42,082 nt of DNA from a virus (taxonomy: Duplodnaviria; Caudoviricetes): the IMG/VR virus record IMGVR_UViG_3300046061_000043, positions 1-42,082 of that record; one strand, written 5' to 3'. The translations under genes and the position numbers were made by a program. Numbering within the stretch: position 1 is the first letter of the stretch; each line of letters opens with the position of its first letter. The notes beneath the pieces are model-generated. The model saw only the letters and a program-made list of their open reading frames with translations. It searched no databases and was not told where the DNA came from. Of this stretch, positions 18,849-29,098 are shown piece after piece.

Positions 18849-19369
18849 CAGTTCTCGGGAAGCGATTCCTGGCGGATGTGGCGCTGGATGGACTCGAACA
18901 CATCCTCGGTAGGCTGTGTCTTCTCGGGGTCGCCGAGCGGGTCGCTCGGGTCGACGCCGAAGAGCGTTTTGAGCTCGCGAATAATCTCGATGACCGACCG
19001 TGTTGCCCGCACCTTGGGGGGGCGCTCCACCTCAATGGTTGTCGGGCTGCCGCCGGAGTCGCGGACCACCTTCTCCTCGGTGTGCCACGTCGTGAGGGGC
19101 CACAGGTTTTGGAGCTGTTGCATCAGCTGGCGAACGGCAAATGAGCGGTAGTCCTCCGCCGCCGCCTTCACCTCTTCCAGGTACTGCTTGCGGGCCCGCT
19201 CAACGTCTTTCTGGACCGCCTTGCGGCCCCACTGCTTTGGCAGCTGCTCCTCGCCGAATTGGTCGACGGCCGCCGTGGCGGCCTCGGCCCACGTCTTGCC
19301 CTGGATCACCTGGCGCAGCACGAAGGCGCGGCGCACCTGGACGTCGAGAAGGTCGGATCGGTTGCCCAT
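18848..19369 (-). CDS. Putative terminase small subunit
   Basis: N-terminal HTH-like region (GKTWAEAA...AVQKDVERA), helical core, LFGVD near the C-terminus; upstream of TerL. Confidence 0.6.
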   Translation of the reverse strand: MGNRSDLLDVQVRRAFVLRQVIQGKTWAEAATAAVDQFGEEQLPKQWGRKAVQKDVERARKQYLEEVKAAAEDYRSFAVRQLMQQLQNLWPLTTWHTEEKVVRDSGGSPTTIEVERPPKVRATRSVIEIIRELKTLFGVDPSDPLGDPEKTQPTEDVFESIQRHIRQESLPEN

Positions 19370-19373
19370 GGGC

Positions 19374-22300
19374 TTAGCGCTGCTTGTTGGCGGTGTCGAT
19401 CGGGTTGGCGCTGTCGGCCGCCGGCCGACCGACGGCCTGGAGGCCGCGGTTGATAAGCGGCTCGGCCCGATCGGGGCCGAAGCGGTCGGTGTATTCGCTC
19501 AACGACTGGAGCGTCCGGATCTGGCCCCGCTTGCGCAGGATGGCCTCCAGGCCTTGGTCGGTCGTGGTCATCACGTCTTCGGCAATCTCGCGCATGTGGA
19601 CCTGAAGCTCCTCGCGCCGCTCGTTCGAGCGGGTCCGGCTCTGGAGCCAGTTGAGCACGGAGAGCGCCTGTTGGGCGTCCTGCATGAGCAGGCGCGCCTG
19701 CTTCTGGGTGCGCGTCTCCTCGATCACGTCGGACGCCTGCCGCGTCTGGAAATCCTGAAGTCGCTTGTAGAACGTGTTGACCGTTTCGGAGCTGATCCCG
19801 GCCCTGCCGCCCGGCCGGAACAGCTTGCCCACGACCGGCAGGTCGGGCGCCGCAAACTCGCGCTCCACCTTGGGCGTGGGGCCTTCGATGCCGAGGGCCG
19901 AGAAGAGGCCGTCCATGGCCTGCACCGCATCGCGCCCCACGCCGCCCAGATAGCCGGCGATCAGGTGCTCCAGGCGGCGCGGGCTCACGCTGAAGGTGTC
20001 GCCCACGACCTTCGCCAGCGTCGAGGTGTAGGGTCCAAACTGTTCGGCCGGCGGCTTGCGCCACTCGCCCCGCGGCACGATCGGGCGGTTGAAGTAAAAC
20101 TGACGGCCGCCCTCGCCGGCCAGCTGCTCGGCCAAGGGATGAAGCGCCTGCGGCAGCTGAAACGGGAACGAGGTCCCCCAAATCTGAGTCGTGCCCAGCG
20201 GCCACAGGTTCTTGTACAGATGGCCGATCACGTCCTCGACGTGGCGGGCATCGTTCTTGTACCAAGCGTCCAACAGCGCCTCGGGCACCGACGAGAAGAG
20301 GGACCCCCACTCGAACGGCTTCGGCAACACGAAATTGAATCCGGCCACATCTGGGAAGTACCAGTTGTTGTACTTGTGCCGCGGAAGCAGATCGTTGTAC
20401 CAGTCCTCGTCTTTGCGCTTCCACCAGTAGCCGGCCGTCGCCGCGGCGATCGTCATGCCGGCTGCGATGGCACGGGTCGGGTTCTGCTGAAAGGCGCGCA
20501 CCATGGCTCGCTGGCCCCCGATCTGCGCGGTCGTGAACGGGATCATCTGGTTAATGACCTTCGTGATTTGGCCCTGGCTCGTAAAGTCGGTCGTGACCCG
20601 CTTCGAGTCGAGCAGCAGGCGGAGCGCCTGGTGATCGCTCATCTTGGTGCCGGGCTCCCACCCCATCTCATCCGCAATCCCCTTAAACTCAGCCACCCGC
20701 GGGGCCGACTCCGGGATCTCAAAAATGTCGCGCAGCTGATCGACCCAATTCTGCGGATCCAAGATGCGTGTCTTGCGGTTGGCAAAGACATCGCTGATGG
20801 CGCGCTGCGTTTCTTGGCGGTCGGGACCGAGGGGGCGGCTCATGCGGCCGCCCAAGCGGGCCCACCGCTGAAAGTGAGGATCCTCGGACAGGTCGCCTCG
20901 CAGCGCCGCCTTCATGCCCGAACTCATCGACTGTGCCCAATAAGCGGTCAGTTTGGCCGGGTCGGCCGAGCTGCGGCTCTGCGCGTGCAGGACGGCGATG
21001 TCGCGGATCGGGTTCGTGACGAACGCAAACGAGGCGCGCACGCCGGTCGTCCCGAGGCGCATCGTGCGAGCCGGGACGCCAAAGAGCCAGTCCAGGAGCC
21101 ACGGCAGTCGGTAGACGTCCAGGCCCTCAAACGTGTCGTACAGCTCACGGCTCATCCGAAACCACTTGACGTCGCCCTCATCCTGAATCGGAATGATCGG
21201 GTCGCGGGTGCCCTCCGGCACGATGGCCGGCTTGAAGAACGTAACGACACCCTGCATCTTCTCCTCCATCAGCTGCTCGCGGGCCTCCCGCTTCATCTCC
21301 GAGGCTGAGAGGTCGTTCTCGCCGCGGTCGCGGGCGTCGGCCAGCTGCTCGACGCGCTGGTTGAGCTCCTCCTGCGGCACGTCGACCTCCAGCCCCTCGG
21401 CGCGCAGTTCGCTTACGACGCGCTCGACGCGGAAGCTTTCCGGCACCTGGTCGCGCGGGACGCGCTCGATGTAGCGGCCAAGGCCCTCGACGTTCTGGGC
21501 GAGGTCTACCAGCTGGTTGATGATGTACTTCTGGTGGGTGGCCCGGATCAGCTCGGACGCCTGCTCGATCATCGCCTCGAACGGGTCGCGGATGCGGCGA
21601 GAGCTTCCTTGCAGCGCCTCGACCGGGTTGGAGCCCTTGACCGTGCCCTGCGACCGGCGGATCTGCGTGACCGCCTGGTTGAGCTCATCGAACACGCGCT
21701 GGAGCGGAATATAGTCGCCGACGTCGCCGCCCTTGATGCGCTCGGCCAGGTCGGGATCGAAGGCGGCCTTCGTGTAGTCAAGCACCTCGTTGTTCCACTG
21801 GTACACCTGTTCGGCTGCCTGGCGAAAGGCGGGTGAGTCGTAGACCTCGAAGATGTACTCGGCGTCGTCCTGGCTGAGGCCCGGGTTGCGGGGCTCCTTC
21901 TCGGCCTCGATAAGGGTGCCGTCCTCGTCGTAGGTGGCCTCGCGGCCCTCCCACAGCTTGAGCGCCCGCCGGGCCCACAGGTAGAGCGTAAACTCGTTTC
22001 GCTGTCCCTCCACGATGTGGGCCGCGTCGCGGAGGGGCGGGCCGACGGGGTTTCCAGCGAAGTCGAACGTGCCCTGCTCGACAAACGTGCGGGTCCGGGC
22101 CCCGTGCGTCTTGGCCAGCGCCTCGGCGGTGAGGAACGGGTTCTCCTCGACCGGCAGGTCGCGGCCGAGCCGCTCCTCGGCGGCCTCCACCACGCGCAGC
22201 AGGGGCGAAAACTCGGTCAGGGTGGCTTGGCTCAGCTGGGTCTGGAGCCGCTCGCGGCCTTCCTCCCGCGTGACGGCCTCCTTGAAGTCGGTCCAAAACG

Positions 22301-25300
22301 TGCGGTCCTGCACGACGCTGGCGCGGGCCCGGTTGAGGGCGCCCTGCTCAAACCAGGTGCGGGCCCGGGACCGGGCCGCCTCGATCGCTTCGAAAACGCC
22401 CGGGTGCTCCTCGGCGAACGTTGTCTCGAACCACTCCACCATCTTCGGCGCCCGCTCAGTCAGGCGCTCTTGGCCCAGCATGTACCACTTCATAAACTCG
22501 GCAAAGCCCTCCCGCTTGTACCCGCCAGCCGGCTGCTGGTCGCCGTACAGGTCGCGGCCCAGCTGCACCAACTCGTCTTGTATGTCGCCGCCGGTGCCGG
22601 CGACAGCCTTCTGCCAGGCGCTCCCCTCCTCCCAGCCAAAGATCGCTTTTTCGAGCACGTGACCCAGCTCGTGGGCGGCGACCGGAATGTCGTTCGCTTC
22701 CTTGAGGCGCATCACCTCCGGCTCCACCTTAAAGACGCCGCTGGCCGAGAACGAGAAGCCGCGGTAGCGCCCGTACCGCACCGGCATGTCGCGGCCGGCC
22801 GCCCGGGCCACAGCCACAAAGCTGTCGATCACCTGCGGCTCGCTAATCGGGTTCTCGTCGTCGCCGAGGGCCTCGTTTTGGAGAGAGCGGCGGATCTCGT
22901 CCTGCTGCTCGCGGGCCTCGGGGACGCCGGCCAGCGTGCCGTCGACGCTGTTGGCCTCGGCCGGCAGGTCGCCCGAGGCCTCGACGCGGCGGTCCTGGTC
23001 CTGGATCGCTTGAAGCGCTTCGTGGACGGCCTGCGGGTCGGGGCCCGGCGCGATCGGGCCCACAGTGCGGGGCTGCGGGCGGCGCACCATGTCGCCGCGG
23101 GGCACCCCCATCTCGGTGCTGGAGCGCTGGTGCTCCACCACGCGGCCGGCGGTGGTCGTGTAGAGCGTGAGCTGGGCCCGGCCCTCCTCGACGGCCGCCT
23201 CCATCGGCGTGCCGTCGGCCAGCTGGAGGCCCTCGGGCGACCGCTGGGCGGCCCCGTCGTTGATGGCGGCCTGGAGGGCCTCCGGGTGCGTTTGGCCGCG
23301 GTAGAGCTGGCCCTCGATGCGGACGGCCGCCTGACGGATGCTCTCGCCCTCCGTCGGCCCGCTGCCAGCCTCCGGGGCCCGCTGGCCCTCCGTCTCGTAG
23401 GCGGGCCGGCCGAGGCGGCGGCGCACCTCGTCGCGCAGGTCGCGGCCGTAGGACGGGCCCTCCTCCATCACCCGCTCTTTGCTGATCTCGCCCTCGCCCA
23501 GACCGAACGTGTTCGTGCGGGCGCCAGTGGACGGCTGCAGGCCTAGGTCAATCGACGTCGTGCCGCCCTCGGTGACAAAGTCGGTGATCGCGCCGGTCTC
23601 GAAGTGGCGCTGAACCGCGCTGACGGCGCCCTGGGGCACGTTTGCAAAAAACGCTCGGATGGATCCGGTGTGGCGGGCCAGGGCGAGAAGCTCGCGCCCC
23701 ATGGCCTTCGGGCTGGCTGTGCGCAAAAAGTCCGCGTCGATCTCCATGAGGCCCCGAACACGGCCGTTGGAGCCGGTCATAATGACGATCGGGCTGTCGA
23801 TGCCCTGAAGCTCTTTGCCGATCTGCGCCATGTCGCCCGTGACCGTCACCAGCTCGCCCAAGACGGGGTGGCGAAGGGACGGCTCCAGCAGGCGATCGTC
23901 GGTGTTTTCGATGTTGCCCCGACGCAGGACCTCAGGGTCGTCGATGCGCTTGGTAGACCGCTGGATTCCGACCTTTTGCACGAACGCTCCTTTCGAGGCG
24001 CCGCCAGACAGCGACTCGGCCGATTCCATGTAGCGCTCTTTTGCGTCCTGCGCCCCCTCGGTGCTGAGAATGGTGTACTGGCCGCTGTCGATGATGACGT
24101 GGCCGCGCAAGCCGCTTGCCTCGAAGGCGTACTTTTTCGTCGAGTTGATGTCGCCCTGCGACGGCTCGACCTCGCCGGTCGGGTGGTTGTGCTGGAGGTA
24201 GTAGCCGTCCGCGCCCAGCTCGTCCATCTGGTGGCTCATCCAGTAGCCGACGCGGTCCCACTGGCTCAGGGCGGACGGGTTGACGTCATCGGGAACGTAA
24301 GCGGTCCCCTCCAGCTCCAGCGGAAAAACATCCACCTGGCCCGGCAGGCGCTGGCTCAGGCCGGTCTGGTGGACGATCTCCTCGCCTCCGTCCTCGCGGT
24401 CGCGAACGAAGAAGATGCGGAACGTCTCAAACCGCGGGTCCCGGTACACCTGGGCCAGGGCGGCGATGTCGTCCGGGCCGCGCACGATGCGCCCGATCAG
24501 CGACGCGCGCCCGTCCTGGGCCAGGTCGTCGGTAATGGCGCGCCCCAAGAGGTTCTCCTCGATGCGCTGGAGGCGCTCCTCGTTGTCCACGGCCGGCAGG
24601 ACCGGCGGCATTGACTGGTCGCTGGGGTCGGCCGACTGGGCCTCCGCCGGCGTGTGGGGCGTGTCGTCGGTGTTCTCGGGGCCAAACAGGCTCAGCTGCT
24701 CCAGAACGCGGGTGGCGATCTGGCGGCCGCCAGCCTCGCCCTCGCGCACCTTGTAGCCCTCGGCCACGGCTTCCAGGCCGGCATCTTCCTCGGCGTAGGT
24801 GCCGCTCCGGCGCATGGTGGGGCGGTGGAGGTACGGACGCCGCGGCTCGAACGGAGCGTCCTGCTGCAGTTCAGACGGCGCGCCAGGCCCCGTCTGGTCG
24901 CCCCCCTCGCGCTGGTGGGCCGTGCCGCGGTCGCCGCCCTGCTGGTTGGACACGTCCTCGTAGGCGGCTTCGTGGACGCGGCGCGCCACCTCGGGCGTGA
25001 GGCGAAGGCCGGTGACGTCCTCGAAGCGCTCCTGGAGCGCGCCCGTCTGCGTGGCCGTCTCGACCGTCGACGGGCCGCCCGGAAACGCCAGCACGTAGTC
25101 GTCGATGATCTGTTGCGGGCTCAGCGAGATGCCGAGGTCCCGCGAAATGTCGCGAGCGATGTTCTCGATCGGCCGCCCGTCTGGGTCGACCCAGTTGCCG
25201 GCGCCCCGCTCGATCAGCTCCGAGCGGGCGATGTAGGGGGTGAGGCTGTCGGTCTCGATCTTGGCTTCCTGCAGGCGCAGCGCGACGGGATCGACATTGT

Positions 25301-28300
25301 CCTTCCCCTCCTCGATCAGCAGCGCCTCGATGATTTCGAGCGGGTTGCGGCTCGATCCCGCCACGGCGCGAGGCCACTGGCCGAACGCGATGTCCGGGTT
25401 CGTGTCCGTGATGCGGGGCGTCTGGTCGATCGCCTGGGCGTTCTCGACCAGCCACTCGACGAGGGCATCGTCGTAGGCGCTCGACCGCCGGTCGATCGGC
25501 TCGCCCGTGTTGGGGGACACGATCTCGTAGGTGCCGGCTTCGGTCTGCCGCACCTCGTAGTTGCCGGCGGTCACGTAGTCCGGGCCGAGGCGACGGCCGG
25601 GACTAAGGGCGTTGAGGTGGGCCACCGACGGGCTCGACGGGACGGCGACGGAGGTCTGCCACGCCTCGACGCGGCCGCGGAGGGCATCCATCTCGGCCGG
25701 AGCCAGGCTCTGCTCGGCCTCGGCCAGTTTCTCGTCGGCCAGGTCCTGCATGCGGGCGACATCCTCCTCAACCATCGTGTCATTGATAAGGCCCCGGTCG
25801 CGGGCGGCCCGCAGCTCTCGGATGCGGTCCGTGATGCGGGCGACGTCCTCGACGATCGCCTCCAGGCCGGGCTGGCCGCGGAACTGGCCGCGCAGGACGT
25901 CCATCAGGTCGTTAAAGATGGCTTGGGTCCGCCGGTCGCGGGCGCCTGGGTCGCTCATTTCGGTGCGGCCCGGCGTCGTCATGTCCGCGGCCGACCGGGG
26001 CGGAAATTCGCCCTCGGCGTCGGGCGTACTGGCCGCTTGGTCGCTAATGTCGGTCTGGCTCGTACGGGCCTCCTCCTCGGCGTCCGGCTGGCGCTGGCGC
26101 AGGTCCATAAGGCGCTCTTGGAGGCGCTCGACAACCTGCTCCTGCTCGTCGATCAGCTGCTGGAGCTGCTCGGTCGACTCCGTGGAGCGCTCGAACTGGT
26201 TCCCCAGCGACGCCTGCTGGCCCCCGACGGGCGCATCGCCCTGGCCAAAGAGGCGGCCGATCTCTTCGTTGTCGGTCTCCGGCATTTGGGCGCGCAGGTC
26301 CTTGAGGCGCTGGCGCGCCTGGTCGAGCTCTTCTTGGACGCTGCTGATCTGCTGCTGGATCTGCTGCTCCTCGCGGGTCGGGGCGCGCCGGCCCATCTCG
26401 CCCAGGTCTTGGGTCGCGACGTCCGGGTCCTCCGGAAGGCGGGCGGCCGGCAGGTCGGACGTGCCAATGTCGTGGCGCACCGTCGCCTCATCGGGGATCG
26501 TGGCCCCCTCCGGGACGATCTGGTACTCATTCGTCAGCTCGGCGCGGCCGCCGTCGTCAATGCCAGCCATCGGCAGGCTAGAGCCGGGCGGGTCGCTCTC
26601 CACCTCGCCGGGTCGGCGTAGGTTCTTGAGGAGGGCCGTGGTGCGGAAGGTGCCATGATGCGGGTCTTCCTTCTCGACGCTCACAGTGCGGTCGTTGGGA
26701 TCGCCGGCAATCGTCACCGTGCGGTTTTGCGTGCCGCCCGTGTCGACAAACGTATCGCCCTCCTCAATATCGTCGGGTAACGGGGCGGCGTCCGGAAGGC
26801 CGAGCTCCTCGCGGCGGCGGGCGCGGCGCTCCTCATCGGTCTCTGTGTCGGTCTCTTCGGCCTCAGGTCCTGCGTCTTCGTCGGCCTCTTCGTCTTGGTC
26901 GGGCGCTGCCTCGCCGTCTTCGGGCGCCTCTTCGCCAGCGGCCTCTTCGCTTTCGGCCGGCAGCTGGCCGAGGATGGCCTCGGCCTCGTTCTCATCGATC
27001 TCATCGGCCTCCCGGCGCTTTTGCACCTCCGACCGCAGCAGGGCCGCCTCTTGGGACGTCATGTTCTCGCGGCCGGCGACCGTCTGGAGCATATCGATGT
27101 CGGCCCGCGTCACGTTGCGGGCGAACGCGTCCAGCGGCTCGCCCGGCTCGGGGACCTCCGGCTCGGCGTCGGGCTCTTGGCCCCCGGCCTCCTCAGCTTC
27201 GCGGCCGCGCAGTTCCTCTTCGACCAGCTGGCGGAGGGCCTCTAACATATTTGGATCCAGCGCGCCGGTTGGCGCCTCGCGCTGCGGGTCTTGCTGAGCG
27301 TCCCGCAGCTCGTCGAGGCGGTCGCTGAGGGCCTGGCCCCGTTGCTCCAGGTCGGCCGTCTCCATCTCTTCCATCTGGCGCGCCTGCTCCTCCAGCGTGG
27401 CCACCTCCTCGCGGGACGGGGCTACCAGCGATGGGTCGATGCCAAGGGCCTGAAGGCGCTGCTCGGGCGTGGCCGGCTCGCGCTCGGCCTCTTGCTCGCC
27501 TGGCACGGAACTGTCGGCCGGATCGGCCTCAGGCTGGTCCCCAAGAGCGGTTTCTTCTGAAGCGGTCTCTTCGGGGGGCTGCTCGTCCGCCTCGGGCGTT
27601 TCAATCTGAATCTCGCCCTGGCGGAGGGCCCGGTTGAGTTCCCGCTCGGCCGCGGCGTGGGGCTGCTCTAAGCCGCCGCGGTCGATGGCCCGCTGCATCA
27701 GCTGGGCCAGCTGCGACTCCGGCACCTCCAGCTCCGCGTCGGTCTCGTCGATCACCCGTTCCAGCTCGGACCGCACCCGCTCCTCGCTCGGCGTAAGCTC
27801 CGACAGCGCGACGGTGCCGACCGACGTCGCGCCGGACTGGCCGAGCGCGGCGACCATCTCCAGGCCGATGTCGGCCTCGTTAAACTCTTCGCCGGCCACG
27901 ACTTGGCGCGTCGCTTCGCCGGCCCCCTCGCCCGCCGTCTCGGTCGCCAAGCCCCCTGCGGCTCGGGCGACCGGCGACATGCCGACGCGGGCCAGGCCGG
28001 CCGTGGCGGCGCCAAAGAGCCCCTCGACGGCCGCCTGGCTGGCGCCCCCCTGGGCCGAGCGGCGCAGGATCTCGCGGCGCTTCTTCGGGTCGGACGCGAC
28101 GGCCAAGAGGTCCTTCGGGCTCGACACGTCGGCCCCGCTCTCGGCCAAGAGCGACGCGATGCTTTCCTGCTGCACGACCGGGAGCGTGCCGAGGTAGGCG
28201 CCCACGGCCGCCGTCACCGGGCCGCCGGCACTCCCTAAAATGGTGCCGGCCGTAGCCGGGGCCGAGGAGAGGGCCGAGGACGACACCAAAAACGGCACGC

Positions 28301-29081
28301 TGGCAGCCGGGTCCTTGGCCACCTCGCCGATCGCGCCGAAGATGGACTCTTCCCGAGCTGCCCGCTTGGCGCCCTCCGGGCGGCTGATGCTTTCCAGCTC
28401 GCGGGTCAGCTCGATCCACTGTTTGGCCGCCTCGCGCCGGTCGGCCTCGGTCGTCTCCTCCACGCCGCCCTGGTTGGGGACGACCTGCATTGGGCCGCCC
28501 TGCACGGACCCGGGCGACAAGAGCTGCATCTGGGCCGCGTTGCGCTGGAGGCGCTTCAGCTGCACTTCGAAGCCATTTGCGATGGCTTGGGCCACCTCGC
28601 GGTTTTGGGGCGTGCCGGGGACGGTGGCCAGGGCCGTCGTCGCCAGCGTCTCGGCAATCTGGGTGCGCAGATCCTGCTCCTCGGCAGACTGGTCGCCGGG
28701 CTCGATGCCGGGATCGTCGGGGCCGGCCTCTTGGAGGGCCTCCTGGATGCGGCCCGGCAGCTCGGCCTCCTCCTTGAACAGCTCCCCAAATGCCTGGGTG
28801 CGGCTGGCGGACGTGCCGGCATCGGTTGCACTTGAGAAAACGGTCTCCAGGTCCTCGGTCTGCGGCTGCGCCTCGCCCCGCTGTTGCATGTCGTCGCCGC
28901 GGCGAAGCGCCGTCGCGGCCTGCTGGAGCTGGGTGTCGACCGCGTCGGTCGAGGGGAGCGCGTCGGACGCTTCCTGCAGTTGCGCGTCGACCGTGTCGGC
29001 ATCGGTGCCGGCCAGGGCCTCCCGGGCCCGCTGGAGGCGCGCGTCGATGGAGTCGGGGCTGGGGTCGCGGCCGTTGCCCAT
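19374..29081 (-). CDS. Giant polyvalent internal virion/ejection protein (JAB, zincin metallopeptidase, LPD38-like C-terminus)
   Basis: 3235 aa; Gly/Ala hydrophobic N-terminal segments; E...HNHPTG-x3-PSQGD...GHVII JAB motif; AAHELGH...EGFAE zincin; C-terminal PKPFEWG, NRPIVP and SPRRLEHLI-GYLGG-G. Confidence 0.85.
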   Translation of the reverse strand: MGNGRDPSPDSIDARLQRAREALAGTDADTVDAQLQEASDALPSTDAVDTQLQQAATALRRGDDMQQRGEAQPQTEDLETVFSSATDAGTSASRTQAFGELFKEEAELPGRIQEALQEAGPDDPGIEPGDQSAEEQDLRTQIAETLATTALATVPGTPQNREVAQAIANGFEVQLKRLQRNAAQMQLLSPGSVQGGPMQVVPNQGGVEETTEADRREAAKQWIELTRELESISRPEGAKRAAREESIFGAIGEVAKDPAASVPFLVSSSALSSAPATAGTILGSAGGPVTAAVGAYLGTLPVVQQESIASLLAESGADVSSPKDLLAVASDPKKRREILRRSAQGGASQAAVEGLFGAATAGLARVGMSPVARAAGGLATETAGEGAGEATRQVVAGEEFNEADIGLEMVAALGQSGATSVGTVALSELTPSEERVRSELERVIDETDAELEVPESQLAQLMQRAIDRGGLEQPHAAAERELNRALRQGEIQIETPEADEQPPEETASEETALGDQPEADPADSSVPGEQEAEREPATPEQRLQALGIDPSLVAPSREEVATLEEQARQMEEMETADLEQRGQALSDRLDELRDAQQDPQREAPTGALDPNMLEALRQLVEEELRGREAEEAGGQEPDAEPEVPEPGEPLDAFARNVTRADIDMLQTVAGRENMTSQEAALLRSEVQKRREADEIDENEAEAILGQLPAESEEAAGEEAPEDGEAAPDQDEEADEDAGPEAEETDTETDEERRARRREELGLPDAAPLPDDIEEGDTFVDTGGTQNRTVTIAGDPNDRTVSVEKEDPHHGTFRTTALLKNLRRPGEVESDPPGSSLPMAGIDDGGRAELTNEYQIVPEGATIPDEATVRHDIGTSDLPAARLPEDPDVATQDLGEMGRRAPTREEQQIQQQISSVQEELDQARQRLKDLRAQMPETDNEEIGRLFGQGDAPVGGQQASLGNQFERSTESTEQLQQLIDEQEQVVERLQERLMDLRQRQPDAEEEARTSQTDISDQAASTPDAEGEFPPRSAADMTTPGRTEMSDPGARDRRTQAIFNDLMDVLRGQFRGQPGLEAIVEDVARITDRIRELRAARDRGLINDTMVEEDVARMQDLADEKLAEAEQSLAPAEMDALRGRVEAWQTSVAVPSSPSVAHLNALSPGRRLGPDYVTAGNYEVRQTEAGTYEIVSPNTGEPIDRRSSAYDDALVEWLVENAQAIDQTPRITDTNPDIAFGQWPRAVAGSSRNPLEIIEALLIEEGKDNVDPVALRLQEAKIETDSLTPYIARSELIERGAGNWVDPDGRPIENIARDISRDLGISLSPQQIIDDYVLAFPGGPSTVETATQTGALQERFEDVTGLRLTPEVARRVHEAAYEDVSNQQGGDRGTAHQREGGDQTGPGAPSELQQDAPFEPRRPYLHRPTMRRSGTYAEEDAGLEAVAEGYKVREGEAGGRQIATRVLEQLSLFGPENTDDTPHTPAEAQSADPSDQSMPPVLPAVDNEERLQRIEENLLGRAITDDLAQDGRASLIGRIVRGPDDIAALAQVYRDPRFETFRIFFVRDREDGGEEIVHQTGLSQRLPGQVDVFPLELEGTAYVPDDVNPSALSQWDRVGYWMSHQMDELGADGYYLQHNHPTGEVEPSQGDINSTKKYAFEASGLRGHVIIDSGQYTILSTEGAQDAKERYMESAESLSGGASKGAFVQKVGIQRSTKRIDDPEVLRRGNIENTDDRLLEPSLRHPVLGELVTVTGDMAQIGKELQGIDSPIVIMTGSNGRVRGLMEIDADFLRTASPKAMGRELLALARHTGSIRAFFANVPQGAVSAVQRHFETGAITDFVTEGGTTSIDLGLQPSTGARTNTFGLGEGEISKERVMEEGPSYGRDLRDEVRRRLGRPAYETEGQRAPEAGSGPTEGESIRQAAVRIEGQLYRGQTHPEALQAAINDGAAQRSPEGLQLADGTPMEAAVEEGRAQLTLYTTTAGRVVEHQRSSTEMGVPRGDMVRRPQPRTVGPIAPGPDPQAVHEALQAIQDQDRRVEASGDLPAEANSVDGTLAGVPEAREQQDEIRRSLQNEALGDDENPISEPQVIDSFVAVARAAGRDMPVRYGRYRGFSFSASGVFKVEPEVMRLKEANDIPVAAHELGHVLEKAIFGWEEGSAWQKAVAGTGGDIQDELVQLGRDLYGDQQPAGGYKREGFAEFMKWYMLGQERLTERAPKMVEWFETTFAEEHPGVFEAIEAARSRARTWFEQGALNRARASVVQDRTFWTDFKEAVTREEGRERLQTQLSQATLTEFSPLLRVVEAAEERLGRDLPVEENPFLTAEALAKTHGARTRTFVEQGTFDFAGNPVGPPLRDAAHIVEGQRNEFTLYLWARRALKLWEGREATYDEDGTLIEAEKEPRNPGLSQDDAEYIFEVYDSPAFRQAAEQVYQWNNEVLDYTKAAFDPDLAERIKGGDVGDYIPLQRVFDELNQAVTQIRRSQGTVKGSNPVEALQGSSRRIRDPFEAMIEQASELIRATHQKYIINQLVDLAQNVEGLGRYIERVPRDQVPESFRVERVVSELRAEGLEVDVPQEELNQRVEQLADARDRGENDLSASEMKREAREQLMEEKMQGVVTFFKPAIVPEGTRDPIIPIQDEGDVKWFRMSRELYDTFEGLDVYRLPWLLDWLFGVPARTMRLGTTGVRASFAFVTNPIRDIAVLHAQSRSSADPAKLTAYWAQSMSSGMKAALRGDLSEDPHFQRWARLGGRMSRPLGPDRQETQRAISDVFANRKTRILDPQNWVDQLRDIFEIPESAPRVAEFKGIADEMGWEPGTKMSDHQALRLLLDSKRVTTDFTSQGQITKVINQMIPFTTAQIGGQRAMVRAFQQNPTRAIAAGMTIAAATAGYWWKRKDEDWYNDLLPRHKYNNWYFPDVAGFNFVLPKPFEWGSLFSSVPEALLDAWYKNDARHVEDVIGHLYKNLWPLGTTQIWGTSFPFQLPQALHPLAEQLAGEGGRQFYFNRPIVPRGEWRKPPAEQFGPYTSTLAKVVGDTFSVSPRRLEHLIAGYLGGVGRDAVQAMDGLFSALGIEGPTPKVEREFAAPDLPVVGKLFRPGGRAGISSETVNTFYKRLQDFQTRQASDVIEETRTQKQARLLMQDAQQALSVLNWLQSRTRSNERREELQVHMREIAEDVMTTTDQGLEAILRKRGQIRTLQSLSEYTDRFGPDRAEPLINRGLQAVGRPAADSANPIDTANKQR

Positions 29082-29098
29082 GGGGCGCAGTGGTTAAG

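Noticed and set aside
9984-26621. Long plus-strand ORFs (e.g. 9984-11828, 13686-14954, 19188-21308, 22017-23546, 24654-26621)
   Set aside because: Antisense shadows of real GC-rich minus-strand genes; no motifs and atypical composition
19374-29081. Virion RNA polymerase or DarB-like helicase/methylase in the giant protein
   Set aside because: No DxDxD polymerase motif in a convincing context, no Walker A/DExH and no NPPY/F motif seen
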